Source: an uncultured Eubacteriales bacterium
GTDB lineage: Bacteria; Actinomycetota; Coriobacteriia; Anaerosomatales; JAUVQN01
Reading direction: 5' to 3'
Assembly: GCA_964406675.1 (NCBI GenBank)
Contig: CAYOSP010000004.1
Location: forward strand, 45,426-109,425
DNA length: 64,000 bases
The notes below the pieces were generated by a model. That model was not told where the DNA came from, searched no databases, and was given only the letters and a program-made list of their open reading frames with translations. Positions within the stretch are counted from its first letter, which is position 1. Each line of letters starts with the position of its first letter. Shown here piece by piece: positions 41,078-49,803 of the stretch. The position numbers were made by a program, and so were the translations under genes.

Positions 41078-42772
41078 CTAGACGGGAGGCGTCTCGCGCG
41101 ATCCTTCGATTCGGTTGCCGGCGTTCTGCCACGACCCTCCTCGCTGAGAGGCTGCGGAGACACTGTTGCGCCCCGCATCCTTCGCAGCGTATAGGGCGGC
41201 ATCAGCGGCCGCGATGCCCGCGTCGGCACTGTCCCCGCAGGCCGGCAGCGACGACACACCGATCGACACCGTTACGGAACACACACTATCGTTCCACTCG
41301 ACGCTGCTCGCTTCGATCGTGGATCGCAGATCGTCGGCGCGCGAATGGGCATCGTCCGTATCGGCGTTGACCATCACCACGAGGAACTCGTCGCCTCCAT
41401 AGCGGCAGACGATGTCGGCGACACGCGCGCCCGCGAGCAGTACGCCGCTCACCATCTTGAGAGCGGCATCACCTGCCGCGTGCGAGTATTCGTCGTTGAT
41501 TCTCTTGAAGTCGTCGATGTCCAAGAGGAGAAAGGCCAACGATACGTCCTCGCGTCGGGACCGCGCTATCTCCCGGGGCACGCTCTCGTCCAAGAAGCGA
41601 CGGTTGTACAGGCCAGTGAGCGGGTCTCTGACCGCCTCTTCCCGAAGTCGTTCGTTGAGTATCTCGATCTGTTCGTGGCTATTCGCGAGTTCGCGATTCG
41701 CAGCCTGCAGCAGTTCGGTGTTGCGGCGCTCCTTGGTGACGTCGTGAAGCGTGACCAGGTGTGCGGGCCGTTGCGGCGGGCCCGAGTCGAGCGCGGTAAC
41801 CCGGTAGTCGATGTAGCGGCAGTCATCTTGACATCCGATGGGCATGGCGGCCTGCCCCGCCTTGTCGGCATCGCCAAGAGTACTCTTGCGTAGCGAGGAC
41901 ACGGCACCCGCTACACCGCCCAGAACCCTTTGGGCAGACTCCCCGACGGGGATGCCCCGGGGCATTCGCAGTATCTTGAGAGCGGCGGGATTCGCATCGG
42001 CGACACGGTCGTCATGGTCGAGGACGACGACCCCATCGTACATCTGCTCGACGACTGCGTGCCGTGCCAACGGAAGGATGTCGAGGAGTTCGCCGCGCGA
42101 CAGGCTGAAGGACCACAGGGTACCCGTCACCAGAAATGCGAGGGGAGCCAGGTCAAGACCGTTCAGGGGTATCAGCCGCGACTCTGTGACTATGCTGGCT
42201 ACGAACGGCACGCCCGCGCCCACAAGGAGCAACGCGGGCTGAGCGCGCCGGGTTGCGGGCGAGCGCCGGTACACGCGGATGATCAGAGCCATGCCGAGTA
42301 TTAGCATTGCGTACGTATACGCGATGAACACCCAGTACAGCGGGCCAGGGATCGAGGAGTAGTGCGTGCGTGCGCCGATCTCGTGCGCGACGAAGGCCGC
42401 GTGGTAGAGACCGCCGGGATTCAGCCACTGGATATTGGCTAGAGCCAACGGTGGGATAGCGATCAGCGCGGTGCGCGCCGGCGTTCGCCATCGACTGATT
42501 CCCGCGACGTCGAGCGCCAGAGTGAGGAATCCAACCGGCACCATCCATACCCCCAGAGCCATGGACCTGATCCAGAACACCTGCTGGGTCATGGTGTGCG
42601 CCGACCACATCGCGGCGGACGCTCCGCACCAGATGAACACGCCGAGCGTGGTCAACGCGAGCGGCCGCGCGCCGCGAGTGGATCTGTGACGCCACGCAAG
42701 AACGGTCAATACGAAGGCGATGACCGCGGCGATAACGAACAGCACCACGTAGATATGCTGCAGCTCGACCAC
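41078..42772 (-). CDS. Membrane sensor diguanylate cyclase (N-terminal 7TM - PAS - GGDEF)
   Basis: About 7 TM helices of the 7TM sensor type, a PAS region (VVEQMYDGVVVLD...), a coiled coil, then DPLTGLYNRR and RYGGDEFLVV. Confidence 0.85.
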   Translation of the reverse strand: MVELQHIYVVLFVIAAVIAFVLTVLAWRHRSTRGARPLALTTLGVFIWCGASAAMWSAHTMTQQVFWIRSMALGVWMVPVGFLTLALDVAGISRWRTPARTALIAIPPLALANIQWLNPGGLYHAAFVAHEIGARTHYSSIPGPLYWVFIAYTYAMLILGMALIIRVYRRSPATRRAQPALLLVGAGVPFVASIVTESRLIPLNGLDLAPLAFLVTGTLWSFSLSRGELLDILPLARHAVVEQMYDGVVVLDHDDRVADANPAALKILRMPRGIPVGESAQRVLGGVAGAVSSLRKSTLGDADKAGQAAMPIGCQDDCRYIDYRVTALDSGPPQRPAHLVTLHDVTKERRNTELLQAANRELANSHEQIEILNERLREEAVRDPLTGLYNRRFLDESVPREIARSRREDVSLAFLLLDIDDFKRINDEYSHAAGDAALKMVSGVLLAGARVADIVCRYGGDEFLVVMVNADTDDAHSRADDLRSTIEASSVEWNDSVCSVTVSIGVSSLPACGDSADAGIAAADAALYAAKDAGRNSVSAASQRGGSWQNAGNRIEGSRETPPV

Positions 42773-43041
42773 AAGACACCTCTGAGCCTGAATCGACGGC
42801 CGTCATCTGGATATATATCCCCAATGCTAGTCTCGTCGCGTTCGAGGACGGATCAAGCCGTGAGTGAGGAGGGCTAGGACCCCTGCCGGTGTACGCGGGC
42901 TGGGCGGCCATCGTGGTCGTGGTGTTCCCGCTGGTGTTCGGCTTCGCCTGACGGTGAGAGCGGGTATGGACACCAACGACACCTGCGGTACGGTCGCGTG
43001 CATCGCGGTCGTGTCGTCCGCGTGCGTCGAGAGGAGCCCGC

Positions 43042-44493
43042 ATGCCCGACATCCCGCGCTGCATGAGCACGCAGCATCCCGACAACGCGTCGCTGCCCTT
43101 CTTCGCCCGCTCGGCGGTGCTCGCCGGCGAGGACGAGGTGCGCGAGGCCTACTACGCCTACTCGCATCTCGCCTGCGACGAGCAGATGTGGGACGTCGAG
43201 GGCAAGGAGATCGACACCTACGTCGTCAAGAAGCTCCTCTCGTTCTATCCGGAGTACTTCCGGGAGCACGTACTCGGGGAGGACCTGCGTCTCACCCTGC
43301 GCGTCCCCAACCCGACCGTCGAGACCGCCGAGGCGAAGATCCTCCTCGAGACGCTGGAGAGCGTACCGCGCTCCTATGACACGGCGCGTCTCTTCTACGA
43401 GCGTGAGGTCACGCCGATCTTCGAGGTCATCCTGCCGATGACCACCTCGGCGCGCTGCATCGACCGGATCTACCGTTACTACGCCGATCACATCATCGGC
43501 CGGCAGCACACGCGCTTCTGCGAGGGCGACCTCACCATCGCGGAGTGGATCGGCGAGTTCGGCCCCGAGCGCATCGAGGTGATCCCGCTCGTCGAGGACG
43601 TACCGACCATGCTGCGCACCGCCGACATCGTCGAGGAGTACCTCGCAGACAAGGAGGTGTCCGATCAGCGCGTCTTCCTCGCGCGTTCGGACACGGCGAT
43701 GAACTACGGTCTCGTCTCGGCCGCGCTCGCGAACAAGATCGCGCTGATGCGCCTCGGCGGACTCGCGGAGCGGAGCGGCGTGCGGCTGCACCCCATCCTC
43801 GGCATGGGGTCGGCCCCGTTCCGCGGGGGCCTGACCCCCGAGACCGCCCAGCGGGTGGGCGAGGAGTACCCGAGCGTCGTCACGTTCACCATCCAGTCGG
43901 CCTTCAAGTACGACTACCGCGTCGAGCAGAGCCGCGCCGCCTGCGAACACCTGCGCGCGCGGGAGATCGGTCCACCGGCGCCCATGGACGTGGAGCGCGC
44001 CGAGGCGCTGATCGATCGCTACAGCGCCGCGTATCGACGCCGCGTGGCCGAGCTCGCTCCGCACATCAACCGCATGGCCGCGCACGTGCCTTCGCGCCGC
44101 GCGCGCAAGCTGCACGTGGGACTGTTCGGCTACTCGAGAGAGATGGAGGGCGTCTCGCTACCGAGGGCCATCTCCTTCACCTGCGCGCTCTACTCGCTCG
44201 GGATGCCGCCGGAGCTCATCGCTTTCGACGCCCTCGACGAGGCGGACCGCGAGTTCCTGCGCGATGCCTACCCCTCGTTCGAGTGGAAGGTGCGCACGGC
44301 GCTTCGCCACACCGACATGGAGGGGCCGCTGATGACCGAGGAGCTCGGCCGTGCGCTGCGCGAGGCGGGATACGAGTGGGAGCCGGACGAGGAGCATCTC
44401 GGACTCGTCCGTCGGATGCGAGGCGAGGGCGCCGGGGGACAGATGGAGGATCTGCTGCTGCGTGCCGCGCTCAGACGCCGCTTCCTTGGGTGA
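43042..44493 (+). CDS. Archaeal-type phosphoenolpyruvate carboxylase (atPEPC)
   Basis: N-terminus IPRCMSTQHPDNA, with DEQMWDVEGKEIDTYVVKKLL, and about 480 aa. This matches my memory of the short archaeal PEPC family rather than the roughly 900-aa bacterial Ppc. Confidence 0.75.
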   Translation: MPDIPRCMSTQHPDNASLPFFARSAVLAGEDEVREAYYAYSHLACDEQMWDVEGKEIDTYVVKKLLSFYPEYFREHVLGEDLRLTLRVPNPTVETAEAKILLETLESVPRSYDTARLFYEREVTPIFEVILPMTTSARCIDRIYRYYADHIIGRQHTRFCEGDLTIAEWIGEFGPERIEVIPLVEDVPTMLRTADIVEEYLADKEVSDQRVFLARSDTAMNYGLVSAALANKIALMRLGGLAERSGVRLHPILGMGSAPFRGGLTPETAQRVGEEYPSVVTFTIQSAFKYDYRVEQSRAACEHLRAREIGPPAPMDVERAEALIDRYSAAYRRRVAELAPHINRMAAHVPSRRARKLHVGLFGYSREMEGVSLPRAISFTCALYSLGMPPELIAFDALDEADREFLRDAYPSFEWKVRTALRHTDMEGPLMTEELGRALREAGYEWEPDEEHLGLVRRMRGEGAGGQMEDLLLRAALRRRFLG

Positions 44494-44540
44494 GCGTCGC
44501 GACCGCCGGGTGACCAAGAAGGCGCCGGGCCGCCGGGACG

Positions 44541-44909
44541 TCACGGCGTGATCAGCACGTCGCCCTCGTCGTCGCGGCCGGACGCCGCGTCGGGATCCTG
44601 CGCCGAGGAGCGGTAGCTGGGCGGCACCGATCGCGAGCCGCGTGACCACTCCACCATCCTCGCGTCGCAGGTACGGCACAGGAGGATGTCGCCCATCCCG
44701 ACGATCGAGAGTTGCGTGCCGCGAGCATACTGCGTGAGCGCTTGAGGCCTGCGCACGACGTCGGTACCGCCGCAACTCGCGCACGTCTCGGGCTCGGCGT
44801 CGCGCAGCCAGGAGGCTCCGCAGCTCCCGCACTCGATGCGGATGCCGTCGGGCGTCTCCTTCCCGGAGAGATCCTCGGCCTCACCGCATCGGGGGCAATC
44901 CAGGCGCAT
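44541..44909 (-). CDS. Hypothetical double zinc-ribbon protein
   Basis: Four CxxC pairs (CPRC, CGSC, CASC, CRTC). Third codon positions look strongly G/C-biased. Same strand as the FNT gene and 43 nt downstream of it. Confidence 0.5.
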   Translation of the reverse strand: MRLDCPRCGEAEDLSGKETPDGIRIECGSCGASWLRDAEPETCASCGGTDVVRRPQALTQYARGTQLSIVGMGDILLCRTCDARMVEWSRGSRSVPPSYRSSAQDPDAASGRDDEGDVLITP

Positions 44910-44952
44910 CGCGGTCCACCTCTCGCGTCGAGATCGTCATCGGTCGAGATCG

Positions 44953-45606
44953 TCATCGGCTGCGGGTGCCTGCCACGACCTGCTCGTGGTTCAGGATGGT
45001 GACGAGGAGCACTCCGCCTATCACGTTACCGATGAGCGCGGGGATGAGGAAGCCTCCGAGGTAGTCGCCCCAGCCGAGCGCCCCCCGAGCCACCGCGAAC
45101 AGCACCTCGGCGGAGCCGGCCACCACGTGCGAGAAGTCCCCGAGTCCGATGATGTAGGTGAACAGGAAGATCACCGCGACCTTGGATTCCCTGGCCGCTG
45201 CGGGCAGGAGCCAGACGACCAGGGCGATCAGCCAGCCCGCGAAGACGCCTCCCGTGACGGTGGACCAGAAGCCCGGCTCCGCGGCGCTGAGAGCGATCGC
45301 GAGCAGGGCGTCCTTGACGCCCGGTCCGACGAGGTCCGCGCCGGAGAGGAAGTAGGCGAACAGCCCGGTGCCGATGAGGTTCGCCGCGAGCACGACGACC
45401 CACAGGCGCACGAGGCGCCACGCCTCGCTCCAGCAGCGGTCGTGCAGGAAGGGGAGGACGGTGGTGAGCGTGTTCTCGGTGAAGAGTTGCTGGCGGCCGA
45501 GGATCGCGCCGTGGACCACGGTGGCGCTGATCGCGGTGCGGCGGCTGATCTCGTCGTACTCGGTGGCGGTGTCCTGCTCGACCCGCGGGACGTCTTCTCT
45601 CGCCAT
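44953..45606 (-). CDS. Formate/nitrite transporter (FNT) family channel
   Basis: FAGWLIALVVW, GDFSHVVAGS and IGNVIGGVLLV resemble the FNT signature segments. 217 aa, short for the family. The start overlaps the upstream stop (TGATG). Confidence 0.65.
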   Translation of the reverse strand: MAREDVPRVEQDTATEYDEISRRTAISATVVHGAILGRQQLFTENTLTTVLPFLHDRCWSEAWRLVRLWVVVLAANLIGTGLFAYFLSGADLVGPGVKDALLAIALSAAEPGFWSTVTGGVFAGWLIALVVWLLPAAARESKVAVIFLFTYIIGLGDFSHVVAGSAEVLFAVARGALGWGDYLGGFLIPALIGNVIGGVLLVTILNHEQVVAGTRSR

Positions 45607-46976
45607 CAGCCCGCGGTCCAGCTGGAGGCCGCCCAGCCGAGCACCTCGTTGAACGCCGGGTGGACCCCGCGGGTCTCGGCGATCCGACTCACATGCGTGC
45701 GGCCGTGCACCGCGAGCGCGAGCGGGAACGAGAGGTCGGTCGCGGATTCACCGGCCACCTGCGCGCCGATCACCGTGCCGTCGGGCTCGGTGAGGATCTT
45801 CACCATCCCCTTGCGCCGGTCGGCGATGATCGCGGCGCCGAGGTGGTCGAACCCCATGGAGGCCACCCGGTAGTCGGCACCCTCCCGGCGCAGCGCCTGT
45901 TCCGTCTTGCCGACCACGGCGAGCTGCGGGACGGTGAAGCACGTCGAGGGGAGGTGATCGTAGCGCGCCTCCGGCTCGGGGCCGCCCAGGAGGTGTCGGC
46001 CGATCTGCCGGCCGTCCTGCCCCGCCACCGGGGTGAACATGGGAGGCCCCTTGGCGTCTCCGCCGAACCACACGCGCGGGTTGGTCGACCGGAGGGGAGG
46101 CCCGAAGATCGTCCTGCCTCGTTCGTCGACCTCGATGCCGGCGGCGTCGAGGTCCAGCGCGTCGACCTGCGGCACCCGCCCGATGGCGACCAGCACGCGT
46201 TCGGAGACGATCGAATCGACCTCCTCGCCGTCAGCGTCCACCACCTGCGTGGTGATCGCGCCGCGCTGACCGGAGAACGCCCCGGCGCTCACGCCGCCGC
46301 GCAATTCCACGCCGAGCTCGCCCAGCGCGCGTTCGGCGAACGAGGAGATGTCCTCGTCGAAGACCCTGTGCACGAGCCTGTCGCCGTGCATGAGGACCGT
46401 GACGTCGGTGCCGAACGAGGCGAATATGCCCGCGAACTCCGCGGCGATGAATCCGCCGCCGACGATGACGAGGGAGGAGGGCAGTTCGGGGTAGGAGAGG
46501 GCGTCGCGACTGTAGTCGGCGAGATCGGCGCCGGGCACGTCGAGGAGCCGAGGCTTGGAGCCGGTGGAGACGAGCGCCGTGTCGAACCGGACGCGCCGGT
46601 CCCCGATCAGGACGACGTCCTCGTCGACGAATCGCGCGGGTTCCTTCACCAGCTCGATCCCCGCGGATCGCGCGATCTCGTCCTGGTCGCCCGCGTAGGA
46701 CTCCTGCGCGTGCCACTTCCAGGCGAGGACGCCGGGCCAGTCCAGCCCGGGCTCGCCTGTGAGCACGCCGAACTGCTCGGCCTCCGACGCTTCGCGGTAC
46801 GTGCGCGCGGCATGGTACAGGGACTTCTTCGGCATGCATCCCCACCACAGGCACGTCCCGCCGGTCCGGGCCTCCTCCGCCGAGACCACATGCACGCCGG
46901 CCCGAGCGAGCATGCGTCCGCACGAGTTGCCGGCGCTGCCCGCGCCGAGTACCACGTGTGTCCTGTCTTCCGGCAT
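45606..46976 (-). CDS. Class I pyridine nucleotide-disulfide oxidoreductase (glutathione/mycothione/lipoamide reductase family)
   Basis: VVLGAGSAGNS FAD fold, redox disulfide GGTCLWWGCMPKK, second fold VIVGGGFIAAEFA, and a C-terminal HPAFNE His-Glu dyad. Confidence 0.8.
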   Translation of the reverse strand: MPEDRTHVVLGAGSAGNSCGRMLARAGVHVVSAEEARTGGTCLWWGCMPKKSLYHAARTYREASEAEQFGVLTGEPGLDWPGVLAWKWHAQESYAGDQDEIARSAGIELVKEPARFVDEDVVLIGDRRVRFDTALVSTGSKPRLLDVPGADLADYSRDALSYPELPSSLVIVGGGFIAAEFAGIFASFGTDVTVLMHGDRLVHRVFDEDISSFAERALGELGVELRGGVSAGAFSGQRGAITTQVVDADGEEVDSIVSERVLVAIGRVPQVDALDLDAAGIEVDERGRTIFGPPLRSTNPRVWFGGDAKGPPMFTPVAGQDGRQIGRHLLGGPEPEARYDHLPSTCFTVPQLAVVGKTEQALRREGADYRVASMGFDHLGAAIIADRRKGMVKILTEPDGTVIGAQVAGESATDLSFPLALAVHGRTHVSRIAETRGVHPAFNEVLGWAASSWTAG

Positions 46977-47068
46977 GATTCCCTCCAGGGATCGCGTTGC
47001 TGGTTCTCTCTACCCGGGTTGTATTCCCGGGGTGCCGCTTCCAGAATCGACCATGTAGCATCCAACCC

Positions 47069-47087
47069 TTGTAACAGCTGTTTACAA
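47069..47087 (+). promoter_or_regulatory. Inverted repeat 1 in the nuo / reductase divergent intergenic region
   Basis: TTGTAAC-AGCT-GTTTACAA, a near-palindrome with one extra T. Confidence 0.3.
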
Positions 47088-47184
47088 ACGCGGCCCGCTT
47101 CTGATAAGAAGACCGTAGCCCGAGGGTCACAGGGGTAGGGGAGCAGCACCGAAGCACCGATGATCCTGTGATCCGTTCGTGCGC

Positions 47185-47214
47185 GATGGCTTGTAACGAT
47201 TGTTACGAGCCATC
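47185..47214 (+). promoter_or_regulatory. 30-nt inverted repeat 2 just upstream of the nuoA RBS
   Basis: GATGGCTTGTAAC-GATT-GTTACGAGCCATC, with 13-nt arms that match 12/13. It shares the TTGTAAC/GTTAC(A/G)A half-site with repeat 1 and ends 14 nt before GGGAGG (47228-47233). Confidence 0.35.
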
Positions 47215-47238
47215 ATGCTGCCGGTACGGGAGGTGTGC

Positions 47239-47607
47239 ATGGAGGGCGCTTCCGGACAGAGCGTGCTCTTCGTGTTGGGACTGGCCACTTCGGCGGTCGC
47301 GTTCATACTCTTCGTGTTCCTCGTCAACGCGGTGCTCTCTCCGCGCAAGCCGACGGAGGAGAAGGGCCTGCCGTACGAGTGCGGCATGGACCAGGCGGGT
47401 CGGCCCTGGAACGCGGTCAACGTGCGCTTCTACCCGGTCGCCGTGCTGTTCGTACTCTTCGACGCGGAGGCCGCGCTGCTGTTCGCGGTGGCCGGCGGAT
47501 TGAGGGGCTCGTGGGTCGCGCTCGGAGAGGTCGCGGTCTTCACCGGCTTCCTCGCGTTCGGACTCTTCTACGCATGGCGCAAGGGGGCGCTCGCGTGGCG
47601 ATCGTAG
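47239..47607 (+). CDS. nuoA: NADH-quinone oxidoreductase subunit A
   Basis: Three TM helices and the KGLPYECGMD motif. ATG 47239 lies 5 nt after GGGAGG; the track start 47200 is an extension. Confidence 0.9.
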   Translation: MEGASGQSVLFVLGLATSAVAFILFVFLVNAVLSPRKPTEEKGLPYECGMDQAGRPWNAVNVRFYPVAVLFVLFDAEAALLFAVAGGLRGSWVALGEVAVFTGFLAFGLFYAWRKGALAWRS

Positions 47608-48200
47608 ACCGCATCGCAGACGGGCTGGACGGCGCGCCGGGCGGTGGCCTCATCCTCACCTCGCTCGACTCGCTGATGGACTGGGCGAGGGGCCGGTCGC
47701 TGTGGGCGCACCCGATGGGGACGGCCTGCTGCGCGATGGAACTCATCGCCGCCTCGTTCTCGAAGTTCGACTTCGACCGCCACGGTACGTTCCCGAGGCC
47801 CGATCCCCGGCACGTGGACGTGATGATCATCGCGGGCACGATCACCCGCAAGATGCAGCCGGCGATCAAGCGCCTGTACGAGCAGCTGCCCGAGCCGAAG
47901 TGGGTCATCGCGATGGGCAACTGCGCCGTCTCCGGCGGCATCTTCTTCTACGATTCGTACTCGGTGGTGCGCGGCGCCGACACGTTCCTCCCGGTCGACG
48001 TCTACATCTCCGGATGCCCGCCGCGCCCCGAGTCCCTCCAGGACGCCGTCATCCAGCTGCGCGAGCGCATCGGGACGGAGTCGATCGTCGAAGGCGCCGA
48101 GCGTGAGCGCGAACTCCTGCTCCCGCGCACGCCGGACGAGGCTCGCACCGCCCGCGGCCGCGACGAAGGCGGGCCCGTGGAGGACGGTGACGGCTCGTGA
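47595..48200 (+). CDS. nuoB: NADH-quinone oxidoreductase subunit B
   Basis: [20 protein letters not shown] and SGCPPRPE (N2 cluster ligands). GTG 47595 overlaps nuoA by 13 nt. There is an acidic/basic C-terminal tail of about 40 aa. Confidence 0.9.
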   Translation: MAIVDRIADGLDGAPGGGLILTSLDSLMDWARGRSLWAHPMGTACCAMELIAASFSKFDFDRHGTFPRPDPRHVDVMIIAGTITRKMQPAIKRLYEQLPEPKWVIAMGNCAVSGGIFFYDSYSVVRGADTFLPVDVYISGCPPRPESLQDAVIQLRERIGTESIVEGAERERELLLPRTPDEARTARGRDEGGPVEDGDGS

Positions 48201-48658
48201 ACGTCCAGGAGCTGCGCGACCACCTATGCGAGCGCTATCCCGACCTGTGCCCGCTGTTCTCGATCGAGTTCGGGGACGGGGTGCTCCAGGTGACCTGCGA
48301 TCGCCTGCACTCCGCCGCCGAGGACCTCAAGGCGCTCGGTTTCGATCGCATGGGCATGATGACGGCCGTGGACCGCGAGGAGCACTTCGAGATCGTCTAC
48401 CGTCTGCAGTCACGAGCCATGCAGGCCGGCATGCTCCTGAAGTGCGAGGTCTCGCGCGAGAATCCGCGGACGCGCTCGCTCGTCGACCTCTGGCCCTCGG
48501 CCGATTGGCCCGAGCGCGAGGTCTACGACCTGTTCGGCATCGTCTTCGAGGGCCATCCAGACCTTCGCAGGATCCTGCTCCCCGACGATTTCGAGGGGCA
48601 TCCGCTGCGCAAGGACTTCGAGGACGAGTGGACGATACACCGGCCCGACTACATCTAG
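48197..48658 (+). CDS. nuoC: NADH-quinone oxidoreductase subunit C
   Basis: 30-kDa-subunit family: [47 protein letters not shown] overlap with nuoB. Confidence 0.9.
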   Translation: MNVQELRDHLCERYPDLCPLFSIEFGDGVLQVTCDRLHSAAEDLKALGFDRMGMMTAVDREEHFEIVYRLQSRAMQAGMLLKCEVSRENPRTRSLVDLWPSADWPEREVYDLFGIVFEGHPDLRRILLPDDFEGHPLRKDFEDEWTIHRPDYI

Positions 48659-48669
48659 AGAGGAGGGAC

Positions 48670-49803
48670 ATGGCGTTCGAGCAGGCTGAAGCGTGCGGTG
48701 TCGATCCGGACGGCGACGAACTGATCGTCAACGTCGGTCCCTCGCACCCCTCGACACACGGCGTCTGCCGCGTGGTGGTCCGTCTCGACGGCGAGACCAT
48801 CACGAAGGCCGAGCCGGTCATCGGGTATCTCCACCGCGGCATCGAGAAGATGGCGGAGAACCGCACCTACCTGCAGGTCGTGCCGCTCACCGACAGGCTC
48901 GACTACGTCGGTTCCATGTACGCGAACTGGGCGTATTGCCGCGCGGTCGAGCGGCTCGCCGGCATCCGCGTTCCCGAGCGCGCGGAATACCTGCGCGTGA
49001 TCACATGCGAGCTGCAGCGCATCGCGAGTCACATGATGGCGATCGGCTCCAACGGCGCGGACACCGGGGCGACGACGATGTTCGTCTGGGCGTTCGACCT
49101 GCGCGAGCGCGTCGTCGAGCTGTTCGAGTCGCTCTGCGGCGCGAGGCTCACCTACAACTACGTCCGCCCCGGGGGCGTCGCGTTCGATTCCCCCGCGGGC
49201 TGGGAGGACGACGTCCGGGAGTTCCTGAAGGGCGCCCCGAAGGCGCTCGACGAGATGGACCGCCTCTTCTTCGGCAACGTGATCGCCCGCGGACGCATGA
49301 AGGGCGTGGGCGTGCTCAGTTCCGAGGACGCGGTGGCGCACGCGGCGTCCGGACCCGTCGCGCGCGGCTCGGGAGTGAACTGGGACCTGCGCAAGCACGA
49401 CACGTACTCGGTGTACCCGCGCTTCGATTTCGATGTGCCCATCGGCACCAACGGCGACGCGTTCGACCGGGCGAGGGTGCGCATGCTGGAGTGCTACCAG
49501 AGCGTGCGCATCATCGAGCAGGCGCTCGAGCAGATGGAGCCGGGCGATGTCGCCACCGAGGGCCTGCCGCGTCTGCTCCGGCCGGGCGTGGGTGACGCCT
49601 ACGACCACATCGAGTCCGCGCGCGGCTCCCTCGGCGTCTATCTCGTGAGCGACGGCGGCGTGCGCCCCTACCGGATGAAGGTCCGCTCGCCCGCGTTCCA
49701 GAACCTCTCGCTGCTGTCGCGGCTCGCCGTCGGGCACACGATGTCCGACCTGGTCGTCATCCTCGGCAGCCTCGACCCCGTGTTCGGGGAGGTCGACAGA
49801 TGA
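48670..49803 (+). CDS. nuoD: NADH-quinone oxidoreductase subunit D
   Basis: NVGPSHPSTHGV, GYLHRGIEK, and a C-terminal SLDPVFGEVDR. No NiFe-type CxxC motifs. ATG 48670 follows AGGAGGG. Confidence 0.9.
   Translation: MAFEQAEACGVDPDGDELIVNVGPSHPSTHGVCRVVVRLDGETITKAEPVIGYLHRGIEKMAENRTYLQVVPLTDRLDYVGSMYANWAYCRAVERLAGIRVPERAEYLRVITCELQRIASHMMAIGSNGADTGATTMFVWAFDLRERVVELFESLCGARLTYNYVRPGGVAFDSPAGWEDDVREFLKGAPKALDEMDRLFFGNVIARGRMKGVGVLSSEDAVAHAASGPVARGSGVNWDLRKHDTYSVYPRFDFDVPIGTNGDAFDRARVRMLECYQSVRIIEQALEQMEPGDVATEGLPRLLRPGVGDAYDHIESARGSLGVYLVSDGGVRPYRMKVRSPAFQNLSLLSRLAVGHTMSDLVVILGSLDPVFGEVDR

Noticed and set aside
37891-43041. An integrative element or prophage remnant at tRNA-Val.
   Set aside because: I found no integrase, recombinase, transposase or phage genes, and no direct repeat of the tRNA-Val 3' end downstream. 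Only the TA modules and an impression of lower GC support mobility, so it is reported as a hotspot and not called as a mobile element.
47069-47214. Calling the nuo-upstream palindromes canonical Rex boxes, or LexA/Cheo boxes.
   Set aside because: The half-sites are TTGTAAC/GTTACRA, not TTGTGAA/TTCACAA (Rex) or GAAC-N4-GTTC / TCGAAC-N4-GTTCGA (LexA). Only the 7-4-7 geometry and outer TTGT..ACAA bases match, so they are left as operators of an unknown regulator.
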